Source: Tubiluchus corallicola
Lineage: Eukaryota; Animalia; Priapulida
Length of the DNA stretch: 64,000 nt
Direction of reading: 5' to 3'
Assembly: GCA_030141605.1 (NCBI GenBank)
Contig: JAQGDQ010000130.1
Location: 62,001-126,000, forward strand
Part shown: in pieces, positions 50,885-62,620 of the stretch
Position numbering within the stretch: the stretch's first letter is position 1
How the letters are laid out: every line of letters begins with the position of its first letter
Program-made: the position numbers and the translations under genes
The notes under the pieces: model-generated
What the model was told of the DNA's origin: nothing
Databases searched by the model: none
The model's input: the letters and a program-made list of their open reading frames with translations, nothing else

Positions 50885-51114
50885 GGAGATACTTCGATCT
50901 TTATTCTGCTGAAGTATGGTTCTAGTACAGAGCTCACTGTTTGGTGCTCTTGCAGTCTCAGGAGGGTTAATCTATCTTGTCTCATCTTTGGCCTGTCTGT
51001 CTTCAGTGGTTTCCCCTTTTCACGACCTGCGATTAAACTCTTCAAGTAGCAGAGTAACATCGTCTTGTTTGTAAGCCTCAGCCGAAGCTCGAGGAGGCCC
51101 TTGCAGAAAACTTG
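50885..51114 (-). repeat. Dispersed repeat, inverted partner of 43316-43555
   Basis: Its reverse complement shares the blocks listed for 43316-43555. Confidence 0.8.
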
Positions 51115-51404
51115 CATTTGAGATTTAAGAAAGAGCCAGCACTTTTGCTAACCAGAGCTCGCGGCAGGGCCTATAAGATCGTTGTACCGGGTCTGGTACC
51201 TAGCTAAAATGATTATGTAATAAAATTAACTGATATTGTTAAAAACTGCAGCTAGCGATCAATTGTAAGACCCCCAAAGAACCTTCAGACAGTCACAGTT
51301 TCGGATCAAAGTTTTGCAGTTTTATTAGATTAAATTGGAATGTTCTGGTGTGATAAAACATTTCTGACGATGTTACAAACACGAGAGGCAGGAGATGTGA
51401 AAAA

Positions 51405-51481
51405 GTGGAACTCGGGCTGGATGTGAACCAACTACCTTCTGCTTACATTACGCCGCCTTACCCCGCTAGCTAGCCACTGCG
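51405..51481 (-). mobile_element. Possible tRNA-derived SINE head
   Basis: Minus strand has A-box-like TAGCTAGCGGGGTAAG and B-box-like GGTTCACATCC. Confidence 0.4.
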
Positions 51482-52089
51482 TCTCCCAGTGATCCCAGCT
51501 GTTCAAAATTCATTCTTTAGACTGGTCATCCAAATTTAGCATTTGCAATGATTTGCTGCTGAGATTTTTTTTTATTTTGTATTGAAAGTGTTTAATTTGT
51601 CCTGTCTGCCGATGTAATGTAAAATGAACTGCACCAGTATTTTTGATCTGCCCTGTCCACTAATCTAATGTATAACATTTTTAAGTTACCATATCCGATT
51701 GAAATACGTAATAATATGCCTGTCTGGTGTTAATATAGCCGTTCTTCTTTCATTACTTGTGGAAAATATAATAAATGTGCTATTTCTGAATAATTAGCAT
51801 AGCTTATATTTAAAATTAAGTATCTGGTAAGGTCCTGGTGGTCATCTATGAGAACAACTGACCTCGAAATGTTGATCTTTCACCCCCCCCCCCAAATAAA
51901 GCTGCCGAAAGTTAGTGGTCTTGTATAATGTTAATCGTACTTATATTTGTATTTATTTATAATTGTATTTATATTATATATAAGTACATCGTTAGTGCAC
52001 AATCTCTGAATAAGATTGGATGGGTCGTTCTGTTTCCCCCACACTGTTTAATATATATTTTCATCCTTTATTGTTTATTTGATTGGAAG

Positions 52090-52643
52090 CATGTGAGTGA
52101 AATAAAGTAACATATTTTCATTCTCCATTGTTTTCTTTGTTTGCAAATATGATAGGTGTAAAATAAAGTAAAGCATATCTTCATTCTCCATTGTTTGCTT
52201 GTTTGTAAAGTATCGTATGTGAATTTTCATTCCCCAATGTTTACTTGCTTGTAAAGTATGTGTGAAATAAAGCAACACATTATCTGTTTACATTTACCAT
52301 TGTTTGCTTGCTTGTAAAGTATCGTGTGTGAAGTAGAGTAACATATTTTCATTCTCCATTGCTTGTAAAGTATGACGTGTGGAATAAAGAGTATATCTTC
52401 ATTCCCCAATGTTTACTTGCTTGTAAAGTATGTGTGAAATAAAGCAACACATTATCTGTTTACATTTACCATTGTTTGCTTGCTTGTAAAGTATCGTGTG
52501 TGAAGTAGAGTAACATATTTTCATTCTCCATTGCTTGCAAATATGATGTGTGAAATAAAGTAAAGTATATCTTCATTCTCCATTGTTTGCTTGCTTGTGA
52601 AGTATCGTGTTTGAATTTTCATTCACCAATGTTTACTTACTTG
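52090..52643. repeat. Minisatellite of ~40-55-bp subunits with a 172-bp higher-order duplication
   Basis: Recurring ttcattctccattgtttgcttg..taaagtat; ttcattccccaatgtttac occurs at 52226 and 52398. Confidence 0.9.
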
Positions 52644-53352
52644 TTCAAGTCTACAAGCTACAGAAACGTTTGAAATTTATATTATTGGTTTGACAGGTTT
52701 GCCTTGTTCATTAATTTGATGTGATTAGCATTTTACTAGGATTTAATAATATTGACAGAAAGTGACATAGAAATTAATCTAAGCTTTGTATTTTTTTATT
52801 TTTGTTTTTGCTCAGTGTTTGTAAATTTGATTGCATTGCTGACCATTGTAAATAAATATTGAAATGCTACACCTTCGTTTTTATTGTAAATGCGTGATGT
52901 AAACAGATTCTTTTCATTTATGCATTGACAATTAATTAATTCAGTTATTTGGCCATTAGCCGAATTGTAAGTTTGATGCCACTTGCAAGCCCACAAATCT
53001 GGTGTACTGTAAGAATCATCACGGCCCGACTAAGCTTTAGGCTAACATCCACATAGGTCGCCACCCTCGCCCCACCAAATACGGTTGTTAAAATGGCGTC
53101 CAAAAAGCACTTTCTATAGCGGCTAGTACAATAAAAGTATTAGTCATCTAAAAGTTTATAAAATTAACGATTTATGAGCTAAAAAAGACTTGGGTAAGAA
53201 TTTGTAAACGAACAATACAAATAAACCATACAAATTGTTAGTGACATAAAATAAAATACAAATTATACGTACATCGGAATTCAGGGAATCCCTACGAGGA
53301 GCATCTTCTAAACTAGTAAAAAATGTGCGATGATTATTGAAATTGCAATTCC

Positions 53353-53542
53353 TAGAGAGGCTTTGAGGAAAGCTAAAGAGGTAGCCATGACAAAATGGGA
53401 AGGAAGAGTTTCAAAGCTGGGAGCCATGACAATTTTTAGAGAGGCTTCGAAGAAAGCTAAACAGGGAGCCATGAGAACATGGGAAGGAAGTGTTTCAAAG
53501 CGGGGGAGCCATGATAACATCGGAAGGAAGAGTTTCAAAGCG
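53353..53542. repeat. 84-bp imperfect tandem repeat (~2.3 copies)
   Basis: tagagaggct at 53353 and 53437; ggaaggaag.gtttcaaagc occurs three times. Confidence 0.85.
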
Positions 53543-53914
53543 GTAAAGTTCTTACTTAGAGAGAGTTTTGCCTTACAGTTTTGTTACACCTAGGGGAAAA
53601 ACGTTTATAACAATCACCCATCGAGCTGAGCAGCTGATTGAACTCGTCTGTGTTCAAACGTTTTGTTGTTCTCCAGTTTGATAAAGCTAGCACGTAAAGA
53701 CTTGTTCACAAGAAAGGGACGGTGAGTGGAGGTAATTCCTCCAATATCTGCCACACCATTGGAGCACCCCAAATTTGCTGGAAAAAGTGAACTGGCGTGT
53801 GACCCAGTTTGGACATCAAGACCTTGCCGACAACTTATACTACTGGTCGCAGTGTTTAACAAAATTTTTTTATTAATAAGCTTAGCTATTAATTTAACTT
53901 TTTCTTTGCTGATG

Positions 53915-54475
53915 CTGCTATTACGTTTATAACATTATTACAAGCATGTCATACGCATTCTAGAAGATTCCAGAAGATTTTAATACCAAAATCTTTATTG
54001 ACACAATGGATAACTTACATTGCCTTTTGTGAATAATTATCACACCTTTATGGGGAAAATTTTCATTTTTTACTATAGAATTGGTCGTAGTATTTAATAA
54101 AAAAATTCCATTTATCAGCTTAGTTATTAATTTAACTTTTTTGTAATAAACATAGAGAACTAATTTGTTAGAGTTAATTTGCTGAGAAAAGTGATGTCTC
54201 TTTTCTTTGTAATCTTTGTAATACACAATTATATCCTTTGCAGGTACTGCTATTACGCTTATAACATTATTATAAGCATGCCATACGTATTCCAGAAGAT
54301 TTTAATACGAAAAGCTGTATTGACACAAATGGATAACTTACGTTGCCTCTCGTTCTAGAACCTGCTATTACGCTTATAACATTATTATAAGCATGCCATA
54401 CGTATTCCAGAAGATTTTAATACTAAAAGCTGTATTGACACAAATGGATAACTTGCGTTGCCTCTCGTTCTAGAA
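53915..54475. repeat. Three copies of a ~115-bp unit (one at ~53915, tandem pair at 54247 and 54362)
   Basis: ctgctattacg.ttataacattatta.aagcatg...gacaca(a)atggataactt is repeated. Confidence 0.9.
53957..53976. promoter_or_regulatory. Perfect 4-unit heat-shock element (nTTCn nGAAn nTTCn nGAAn)
   Basis: aTTCt aGAAg aTTCc aGAAg. Confidence 0.4.
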
Positions 54476-54553
54476 AATGAGGTTCTCCAACGACAGTAAA
54501 ACAAAGGCCACACAATAGATTAAAACTAGTCGTTCCGTCATTGTATTCTTGCA

Positions 54554-54862
54554 CAACATGTAGAACCTGTATTCTTGTATAATTCTGAATTATGGACAGT
54601 CAAAGTTGCCAGAAATCAATGCTTTCCGAAGACAAGAGTATAGAAATATGTTGGGTACAAAATGGACAAAGTAAATCTCAAATCAGGATCTACATGATTT
54701 AACGAAGAAGATGGAGTGGAATAAGGTCCTACAGAAGCCTCGGCTTAGATGGATTGGACATGCCATTAGAACAGCTGATCACATATAAATACTCCACTTG
54801 ACTTTTATGACGTGAATACTTGGCTTGTGGCAGCAGATCCGGGAACATGGCATGCCGCCTAA
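54554..54862 (+). mobile_element. RTE-clade LINE 3' ORF remnant
   Basis: QHVEPVFLYNSELWT...INAFRRQ.YRNMLGTKW..ISNQDL.....RLRWIGHAIR...AAD..TW, the typical post-RT C-terminal motifs of RTE elements; frameshift and stop present. Confidence 0.85.
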
Positions 54863-55401
54863 CAGGAGCACCAAAGAGTTAGATTATCCCGTTAAATGCA
54901 TCGTCATTGTGCCAAAACTTATTTGGCGTTCGTGGAAATAGAAAAGAAACTAGAATTCATGTCAGATTTATAATATGATTTCAATTTGATTTTTAAATGT
55001 GTTTAAGATTACTGTTTTTTATGTAAATCAAGATTCATCACTTTTAGGAAATCGGCCTGATATAATTTTTGGGAAGTAGTTTATGAAAATATAGATCTAA
55101 TCTATGACTATCTCACGAATAAATTAAGAAAAACATATATTTAGAAATATGACAAATTTTGAGTTTGAAACGCTTGAGTTATTAACTAGTAATCCGTTTT
55201 TTCTACAAAGACTGCTGGGCCTGAATCTCCCAGAGGTATTTGCCCAAGAAGTTTTTTTTTGACCTAATTGTCTTGAGATGCTCGGGATTTACTGCATTCT
55301 AGAAAGATTCTGATCACCTTTTACTTTCTATCGAAAGACGAAAATTAAAACAAAAAGCAAATTTGTCAGAAGAACATGTAATGCAGATGTATACCTTGCA
55401 G

Positions 55402-55717
55402 ATGGCCTTTAATTATGGTGTCAGCCTTCATTTCGTTCTGTTTGCTCTGTTCATAATAACCCGCGGATGTGGACCAAATCGTGTAAAGAAGCTGATGGAA
55501 CAGGACATTGGCTATTGTAGCAAGAAGACTTTCGTAGGTATGAGGACTGCAAAAAATGCCAAGCTTGTTCCGAGAAGATCAAAGAGCTTAAGAATCTCTA
55601 TTCAGCGCAAGAACTTGCAAAGACTGTTGTAAGCAGACGATGGACGAGTGGCCTTATACCCAGGAATGGAGAGATCATTGCAACATTTCAAATATAGATG
55701 AAACTTCCGATCCTTAA
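55402..55717 (+). pseudogene. Small secreted Cys-rich protein, copy 2 (two apparent 1-nt deletions)
   Basis: ttgcag|ATG start, MAFNYGVSLHFVLFALFIITRG signal-like peptide. Adding one A in the A6 run (55551-55556) and one base near TT (55601-55602) restores a 105-aa frame collinear with copy 1. Confidence 0.7.
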
Positions 55718-57179
55718 AAGTATTTCCAATGTGCTGATGTTTATTCTCTAACAACATTAAAAAATAACAATGTCTAATCAAACAGCAATAAAGGTAAAGT
55801 GTTTCAATTAAAATTTAAAAATGCTTTGTTTAGTTTTAACCTCCTAACTTTTATGCGAACAGTATTTCTTCTTTTGTATCTTTTGAATAAATTTCGTGTG
55901 TACGATTTTTTTGCATTGAATATTTTAGATGATATACTTTTTTATGCGAATAAAGAGTAATTAAAGATATTGATAAGATATAATCAGAAACAATTTTGCT
56001 TAAATAAAAATAGCTTTCTCAGTGTTACATGTACCCATTTCAGGTATTAATGGTTTAAACAAAAATCTTTCTTTTTTAAATTGTTCTGTCATCGGAATCT
56101 TGCCGCCAGACCAGAGTTATATGTAAGCGAGAGGTTTCAGTTCGAATACAACGTCCTGAAAGTAAAATAGCAAACCGAATAAGTGGGAGACATTAAATCA
56201 CCATTAAAAGAGCGGCATCAATATGCTTGACTAGCCTGCTAATCGTTAAATAAAAGATTAAACTTTGAAACCATCAAACTGTTAACGTTTTGTAAATGTG
56301 AACGAAGCTTTATGGTTGAATTGAACAAGTATCCGGATAAGCACAAACCATAAAGAGTAATCTACCCTTGAGGGGTAACCAACCTCTGACACTGACGTCT
56401 AAAACAGTTGGACTACAAGCTATGGAAAGAGTAGTTAATCACACAAGGCTTATTAATGATTAAGTATTAATGATATTTTGGATGATGGAGCCGTGGTTTC
56501 GCTATTACGCTAATACTTCTGTGAATAAGGCTTTTGTGATTAGCTACATCTTTATTTTTAGCAAGTTAACGCATTTTAGTTCAAAGTAACTTTCTGCGGC
56601 CAAATTTGTGGCTTCTTTTGCATAAATATATAAGATGGTTATTAGCAAAATTTACGTATAAAAACATTAGGTGTTGCAGCAGATTAGAGAAATTCTAAAC
56701 TTCTTAATAAGCTAATACCTTTTTTACTATTGTTTAGCGTAAGATAAACATTGTAATATAACGTAGTTATGAGTCAGGTTCATTAACTTTTCTTAAATAA
56801 TAGTTATAAAAATATCAGTTAATGAAAGGAAAATTTCCGACAAAGTTAAAGACAAACTTCTTTTTAGATCGGAACCAAAGTCTTAATTACGAACAAACGA
56901 AACAAACTTGACACTGCAATTGCAGTTTATTTGGTACTAGCCGCCGTCAGCTAAGTACAAATCTAAAACTGTAGTTACAAGCCACTGACTTATTAAACAT
57001 AATGTTATAATTTATGTAAAACAGTAAATGTAAAAGTTAGAGCACAGCCTGGATTTGAAGCAGACAAATCCCTGTACCAAACGTTGGCTGGCCAGGTACA
57101 ACGGATGAGTCTAGGACTGTCACGGTAGTCGAGGAACGAACGCGGTAAGCTACGAGTTATGAATTCTGTTTTGTAAGCA

Positions 57180-57300
57180 GAAGATACCTGATTCAAATGC
57201 AAGCAGTTCGTGATTTTAACTTTTGACACCGCGGTACATAGAGCCACGTGGTTTCTGCTCCTTCTTGTCCTTCGGAAAGCGATAGAGAATGCGATTTGTT
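57180..57300 (-). pseudogene. Possible THAP-domain remnant of a DNA transposon
   Basis: Minus strand RILYRFPKDKKEQ followed, after a frameshift, by TTWL resembles the THAP F.FPKD...R..W motif. The rest is not recoverable. Confidence 0.25.
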
Positions 57301-58078
57301 TACTGACCTAAACCAATGACGTGTCCCCTACATAAAAAATTAAAACAGTAAAAAAGACTAATTCTTTGTTCAGCATTGAACCATAGCCGCTCACCCGACA
57401 AACGGATGCGTCTCACATACGCTAAAGAAACATGAATACAAAATAATACTTCAGTTTGCGGTATAAGCGTAGGAAATTGCTCATATGCCAAAACGATTGA
57501 CCGTCTCCGCACATACTCGGCTTCTAACTGTAGCTTGACCTATTTCATCATCGTAGCAAACAATGAATGATGGAGTTTTAAAAGGAAGGTGGAAACAGTA
57601 ATAAAAAAAATCGGATGTCAAAATTTTTATATTTCAGTACATGATAGCGGTGTTGACATGCATATATTTATAGTACAATATGATTGTACGCGAAGTTTTA
57701 ATTTCAATGCAGAAAAATGTTGTACGTCAAGCCTTTCACAGCTGTGTGAAATAGCACACGTAGGTCTGTAATTATTTTGTTATTTCTACTCTTATACTCT
57801 GTTTTATTGTTTTCTGTGATTCATTCTATCGTACACTCAGCATATGAGCTATATTTTATGCGAAATGAATAAAATAAATATTATAACATTAAGTGACCAG
57901 CAAATTAACACACTAAATAAACAATTGATTAAATAGCAAATCATCATCATCATTATCATCGGAGGTTCATTACCTCTATTGCACACATTGGACATACAGA
58001 ATTATAATAAATTATAAAGAAATCACCAATTAATGAAGAATCCACTGACCAAGGCACTACCCTACATTTGCAATCGCT

Positions 58079-58744
58079 TCAGCCACTTCGGTGAGCACTT
58101 CTGCAATGGCCATCCTCTTCTTTCTCAAGTAATGCCTCACTCACCGACAAGCTCTTGTCTGCTCGTACTCGTGGTCTTTCTCCTTGTGCTTGCACACCTT
58201 GTTTCCTTCTCTCCATAGTGTAAGCATCGTACTTTCTTCTCATCCTTTCTGTTCTCCTCATTCGCACAACCTTCTTCTCAGTAAAATTAGCATTGTAACG
58301 TCTCCTGTAGTCCCCTTCATACCCACTGTCGTCACTTTCTATATGTGCTAATACAATTGTGGTTCCAAGGAACATCCACCCACTTGCGGTGCCTTGGCCA
58401 GAAGAAGTTTCAAACTTACCATGATTGTCATTGTTTCTTGTGTTTCTCCTTCTCTTTTGCATCTTTATTTTCTTTTCCTTTCTTGGTGTTATTTTCTTTT
58501 CTTCTTCTTCGTCGTCATCTCCGGCGTATTCCAGTCATCAAAATTTACTTTATATGTGGAATTTCCTATAAATATGTGCATCGAATCTTGCAGGGAATCA
58601 CTGGAAGGCAAAATCCCTTCTACACAATTCATCCTGTAAAAAAAGCAGAAGTAATGAAGCAATCATATACTAAAAAATGCTGCTACATTCAAATATTAAT
58701 GTTATATTATTCACATAAGTAACGATTTTGGCGTCTAGCGTATA
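58079..58744 (-). pseudogene. Unknown ORF-bearing segment, copy 1 (3' side of BEL gag-pol)
   Basis: ttttttacag|GATG acceptor, then MNCVEGILPSSDSLQDSMHIFIGNST...HIESDDSGYEG..RRY..NFTEKKVVRMRRTERMRRK; internal stops; paralogue at 61962-62428. Confidence 0.55.
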
Positions 58745-60580
58745 CAGTTTAAACATCCTTGAATTACTTCTTGTACTGCCGCACGACTTTTGAGTACCCA
58801 GTATGCACATCTCAGTTGTGCTAATGTCTGTGATACTCCACTATGGAGCTGTTGCTCATGTACTCTCTGAATAATTAGTGAGTGGCATGATCTTTTCGTG
58901 GCAAGAGAGCTGGATTTGTGCTAGCATATGTAAAATCCGAATGTTGAATCCTGCCATTACATCTCAACAGGTTTTCAGAATCCAAATACAGACCTAGCTG
59001 CTGTACTAAGCAGTTGTTTTTATTAGGCTGCAAGTCTCTGATCTCTTTGCTGAAGTGTTGACGTTGGACGTGCTTAATCAGAATTATTTCTGCCTTTACT
59101 TGCTCAGATGCCAAAGGCCTGTTTGCACATCATTCTTAGTGTGTTTCCATCTACCTAAAGCTCTCACAACATAGGCCATTACTCGTACTGCCTTCTCGAA
59201 ACTCGAGTACCTCGTTAAATCAACTAGTGACTCATTGGGTTGCTCACTAATTGTCAAGAAAACTGGCACTTCGCATTCTCCCATGTCAGAATCTATCTGT
59301 TGCTGATCCTCGGCAGAAGTAACTGGTATATCTGATTGTGGCCAGTATTCTTTGGGTTCTTTCAACTATGCTGGAGGGTTGAACCATATGCTATTCATTA
59401 AGGTCTCAGAGTCCTTTACACCATGAGAAGTCAAGTCTGCTGGGTTTTCTTCTGTTGACACAAAGTGAAATGTAGCGTTCTGAAGAGACTTGATCTCTTC
59501 AACTCTGTTCCTCACAAACATTTTCAAGGAGCGTCCATTTAGCACCCAAAATAATGCGCATTCACTAAAGATGTGCACTTTGTTGATACTTAATTGAAGA
59601 TGTGGCAATAAAAACTTGGTGCATCGAACTGCTAGTAGTATTCCAAGTAACTCCAGTCTAGGAACTGAAATTTGGCGTGGTGGTGCAAGCCTAGTCTTCG
59701 CATAAATCAGCTTTACAATGCCTGATCCATCAGGCTGAACAAATCTAAAGTAAGATACTGCACCATAACACCATGAAGAGCTGTCACTGAATGACACAAT
59801 ATCTACTTTGCTAAAATCACCTGTTTCAGTGTATCTGGGAATCCTCAGACTGTAAATTGATGATAAGGTGTTTGCAACATTTTCCCACTGAACATGCTGC
59901 TCATGGGTGAACACAGTGTCCCAATCAATATGTTCTTTCCATAATGTTACTATGAATCTCTTTGCTTCGACTAATAAAGGACTAATCCATCCAAGAGGTT
60001 CAAAAACGGCTGATACATTTTTCAGTGCTTCTCTTTTTGTGTTGACCGCATGTAAATCACTTGGAGCTGGACGAGAGTAACTGACCTCATCAGTTTGGGA
60101 GTGCCAAATAAAACCTAAAACCTTCTGCGTTGGTTTGACTTCTGCTCGATCATCTGAATAAAATTGCTGGTCTGGCCCTTTAATGTTGGAAAACCACTGA
60201 TTCATGTTCATGGAAATCTCAGAAAATACTTGCTTTGCTGCTTGATATAAGTGTATTGCATCAGCTTCATCCTCTACCGTCGCCAAAAGATTGTCTACAT
60301 ACATGTTCCTAAGTATGCGCACACTGTACTCGTTGGTAGATTCAGTAAGATGCTTTGTAAGTGTAGCCGTTAGCAAATACGGTGAAGACACTACCCCAAA
60401 ATTAACTCTTTGGTAACGAAAATGCTGTATGTTGTCATCGCAAATTGGCTTTGTAATATCTTTCACCCAAAGAAAAAGAACCAAATCACGGGAGGTGTAG
60501 TCAAGCTCGATTTGTAAGAACGCCTTAGATAAATCACGCATCATGATATACTTGTGTATCATAAATTCCTTCAAAATTGT
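58735..60580 (-). pseudogene. pol: BEL/Pao pol (RT, Pao peptidase A17/RNase H region, integrase HHCC finger)
   Basis: DLSKAFLQI, RVNFGVVSSPYLL, MYVDN, TKRE..K.V..VFEPLG, FSDSS..CYGAV.Y, AKTRLAP...SVPRLELLG, ENPAD, RC.GRI, then VHEQQLHSG...YW....CLNCIR*. Several frameshifts and stops. Confidence 0.92.
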
Positions 60581-61670
60581 TTGTAGTCGCGAATTCATTG
60601 TCTGCTGTAGATGCTTCAGAAACAATCGCGCCAGTAGAGACGTTTTGTAACTTTTGATTTGGCAGCTTGCCAGCAGCTGGCTCAATTTTCAGAAGTAGCT
60701 TGCTGCGAAATATACGTAAGTCTTTAGCAGTCCACCTTTTAGTTTTGTCCTTGGTAAGATGTAGATGAAACAAAACGCTACGTGGCAATTTGCTTTCCAA
60801 AATTGTGAGGAAGTGCCTATGATTAATATCCTCTCCTAAAACTCCCAAACTCCTCAAGTGTTTTTCAATCATGTTCTGGCACTTTCTTAGACTTTCTGCG
60901 TTGTCTGTAGCGACAGGTACTTTCTCAAGTTGACGATAATGTGTATCAATAATTAAGTCCTTTTGCCCAAATCGCCTTTCCAAAATTTTCACAACTTCTT
61001 TGTAATTGTCACCTGTGACCTGGAATCCTTCGATTACTGCTAGTGCATCACCTCGTAGCCTACCACGCAAAACTGTCAATTTGTCTACATCTGAATACCT
61101 GCGTTGTCATGCACTGTTGCCTTGTAAGCATCACAGAATGATTGGAATTTTGTAATATCGCCATCAAACGGCTGAAGGTCAACTATTGGTAGGTGTAAAG
61201 ATTAATGTTCTTGCTGTGGTTTCTGTGAAATTTGTAGTTTCTCTACTAACTTGGTCATTTGCTCTAAAAATTGTTGTTGCCCACTAGCTTCAGATTTAGC
61301 CGACCTATATTCCTCCTGTTTTTGCGCTTGAAATGCAGCCGATTTTTTCTGCAGTGACATCAACATCACCTCAATTGTTTCTAGTTTGTTCATCCTCAGT
61401 TAAAAATTCGTCTAACTCTGTTTGCTGGGCAGGCTCGAGTGTCAATTCAGACGCTTCTTCTTGTAGCTTCTCGGACGCACTGGTAAATTTTTGTATTTTG
61501 TTAGATATTTGCGCTATACTTTCATTGATTTCTGCCAAAGCTGCAATACTAAAGCCTACAGTGGGTTCTAGTAATTTTAAAGCTGACTCGCTAGCCCGTT
61601 TTGCTGCATTGAGAAATCGTGTTCTATTGGCTTTCAGTCTCGATAGCTTCTGCTTACTTTTCTCGTCCAT
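60560..61670 (-). pseudogene. gag: BEL/Pao gag (coiled coil plus DUF1759-like region)
   Basis: ORF pieces 61371-61670, 61202-61393 and 60534-61079; LQPFDGD..F, LRG.LRGDA..VIEG..VTGDNY...L..RFG and LESKLP motifs. Confidence 0.85.
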
Positions 61671-61718
61671 TTTTTACGTTGATTATTTAAGTTAAATCGC
61701 TAATCTTACCGTGAAAAT

Positions 61719-61737
61719 TCCCGGGTTTCTTGCACCA
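61719..61737 (-). other. Primer-binding site, tRNA-Phe-like
   Basis: Minus strand TGGTGCAAGAAACCCGGGA, close to the complement of the eukaryotic tRNA-Phe 3' end (TGGTGCCGAAACCCGGGA); 2 nt from a CA LTR end. Confidence 0.75.
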
Positions 61738-61739
61738 CT

Positions 61740-61950
61740 TGTGGCGATGCCCTGTCACTTCGCCCAAATTTCAGAGCTGATTATCTATAATTTACTCGAA
61801 AATCGTAAACAGTCAAACTTGCCACAAAAAATTGTATATTGATATCTTCTGTATTACACAACTTGCGGTGTGAAACAAAAACTTCTATGACAATTTCACA
61901 AACAAAGACGCTAACGAAACTTTTTATAACACTAGTAATCTAAACAAGCA
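61740..61950 (-). repeat. Putative LTR (TG...CA), no second copy in window
   Basis: Bounded by a purine-rich AAAAGGGCGGACA tract (61951-61963) and the PBS; contains TATAAAA. The upstream boundary is uncertain. Confidence 0.5.
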
Positions 61951-61961
61951 TGTCCGCCCTT

Positions 61962-62428
61962 TTACACTCGTCTTCTGCAGACTCCTGCGCGCCGAAACAA
62001 TCCCCGGTCACGTGACCATTCTGATTGCGTCAGCACACCTTGTTCCCTTCCCCCCATAGTGTAAGCATCGCACTTTCTTCTCATCCTTTCTGTTCTTCTC
62101 ATTCGCACAACCTTCTTCTCAGTAAAATTAACACTATAACGTTTCCTGCATACCCCTTCATACCCACTGTCATCACTTTCAATATGCGGGAATACAATTG
62201 TAGGTTCCAAGGAAGTAGCCACCCGACTCGCAGTGCACCAAATTGACTGTAAATGTGGAATTTCCTATAAATATGTGCATCGAATCTTGCAGGGAATCAC
62301 TGGAAAGCAAAATCTCTTCTTCACAATTCATCCTGTAAAAAACATAGAAATAATGAAACAATGCTACTACATTGAAATATTAATGTTATATTATTCAAAT
62401 AAGTAGCGATTTTGGCGTCTAGCGTATA
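61962..62428 (-). pseudogene. Unknown ORF-bearing segment, copy 2 (5' side of LTR/PBS)
   Basis: ORFs 62179-62361 and 61962-62222 join after removing one base relative to copy 1. The stop codon abuts the PPT-like tract. Confidence 0.55.
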
Positions 62429-62550
62429 TCGATAAATTCTATTGCACTATTGCACAGATAGTTGATGTGGACATATTCAAATATCTACTGAGCTTTGCAT
62501 TGGATGATCTCATTTGTGTAATCAATATCAAGCATCACTGCTTTTCACGT

Positions 62551-62552
<2 letters not shown>

Positions 62553-62609
<57 letters not shown>

Positions 62610-62620
62610 ATATATATATA
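62553..62620. repeat. (TA)n microsatellite
   Basis: Directly visible. Confidence 0.97.

Larger units (their letters stand above)
58735..61950 (-). mobile_element. BEL/Pao LTR retrotransposon, internally deleted and frameshifted
   Basis: Order on the minus strand: putative LTR, PBS, gag, RT, Pao RNase H region, integrase Zn finger. Protease, RT N-terminus and integrase core are absent. Confidence 0.92.

Noticed and set aside
52090-52643. CRISPR-like repeat/spacer pattern
   Set aside because: The intervening parts are themselves repeated; this is an ordinary minisatellite.
58162-62428. Treating the two flanking direct repeats as the 5' and 3' LTRs
   Set aside because: The PBS-adjacent 61740-61950 sequence is absent from the other copy, and the copies diverge unevenly; kept as an open question under findings.
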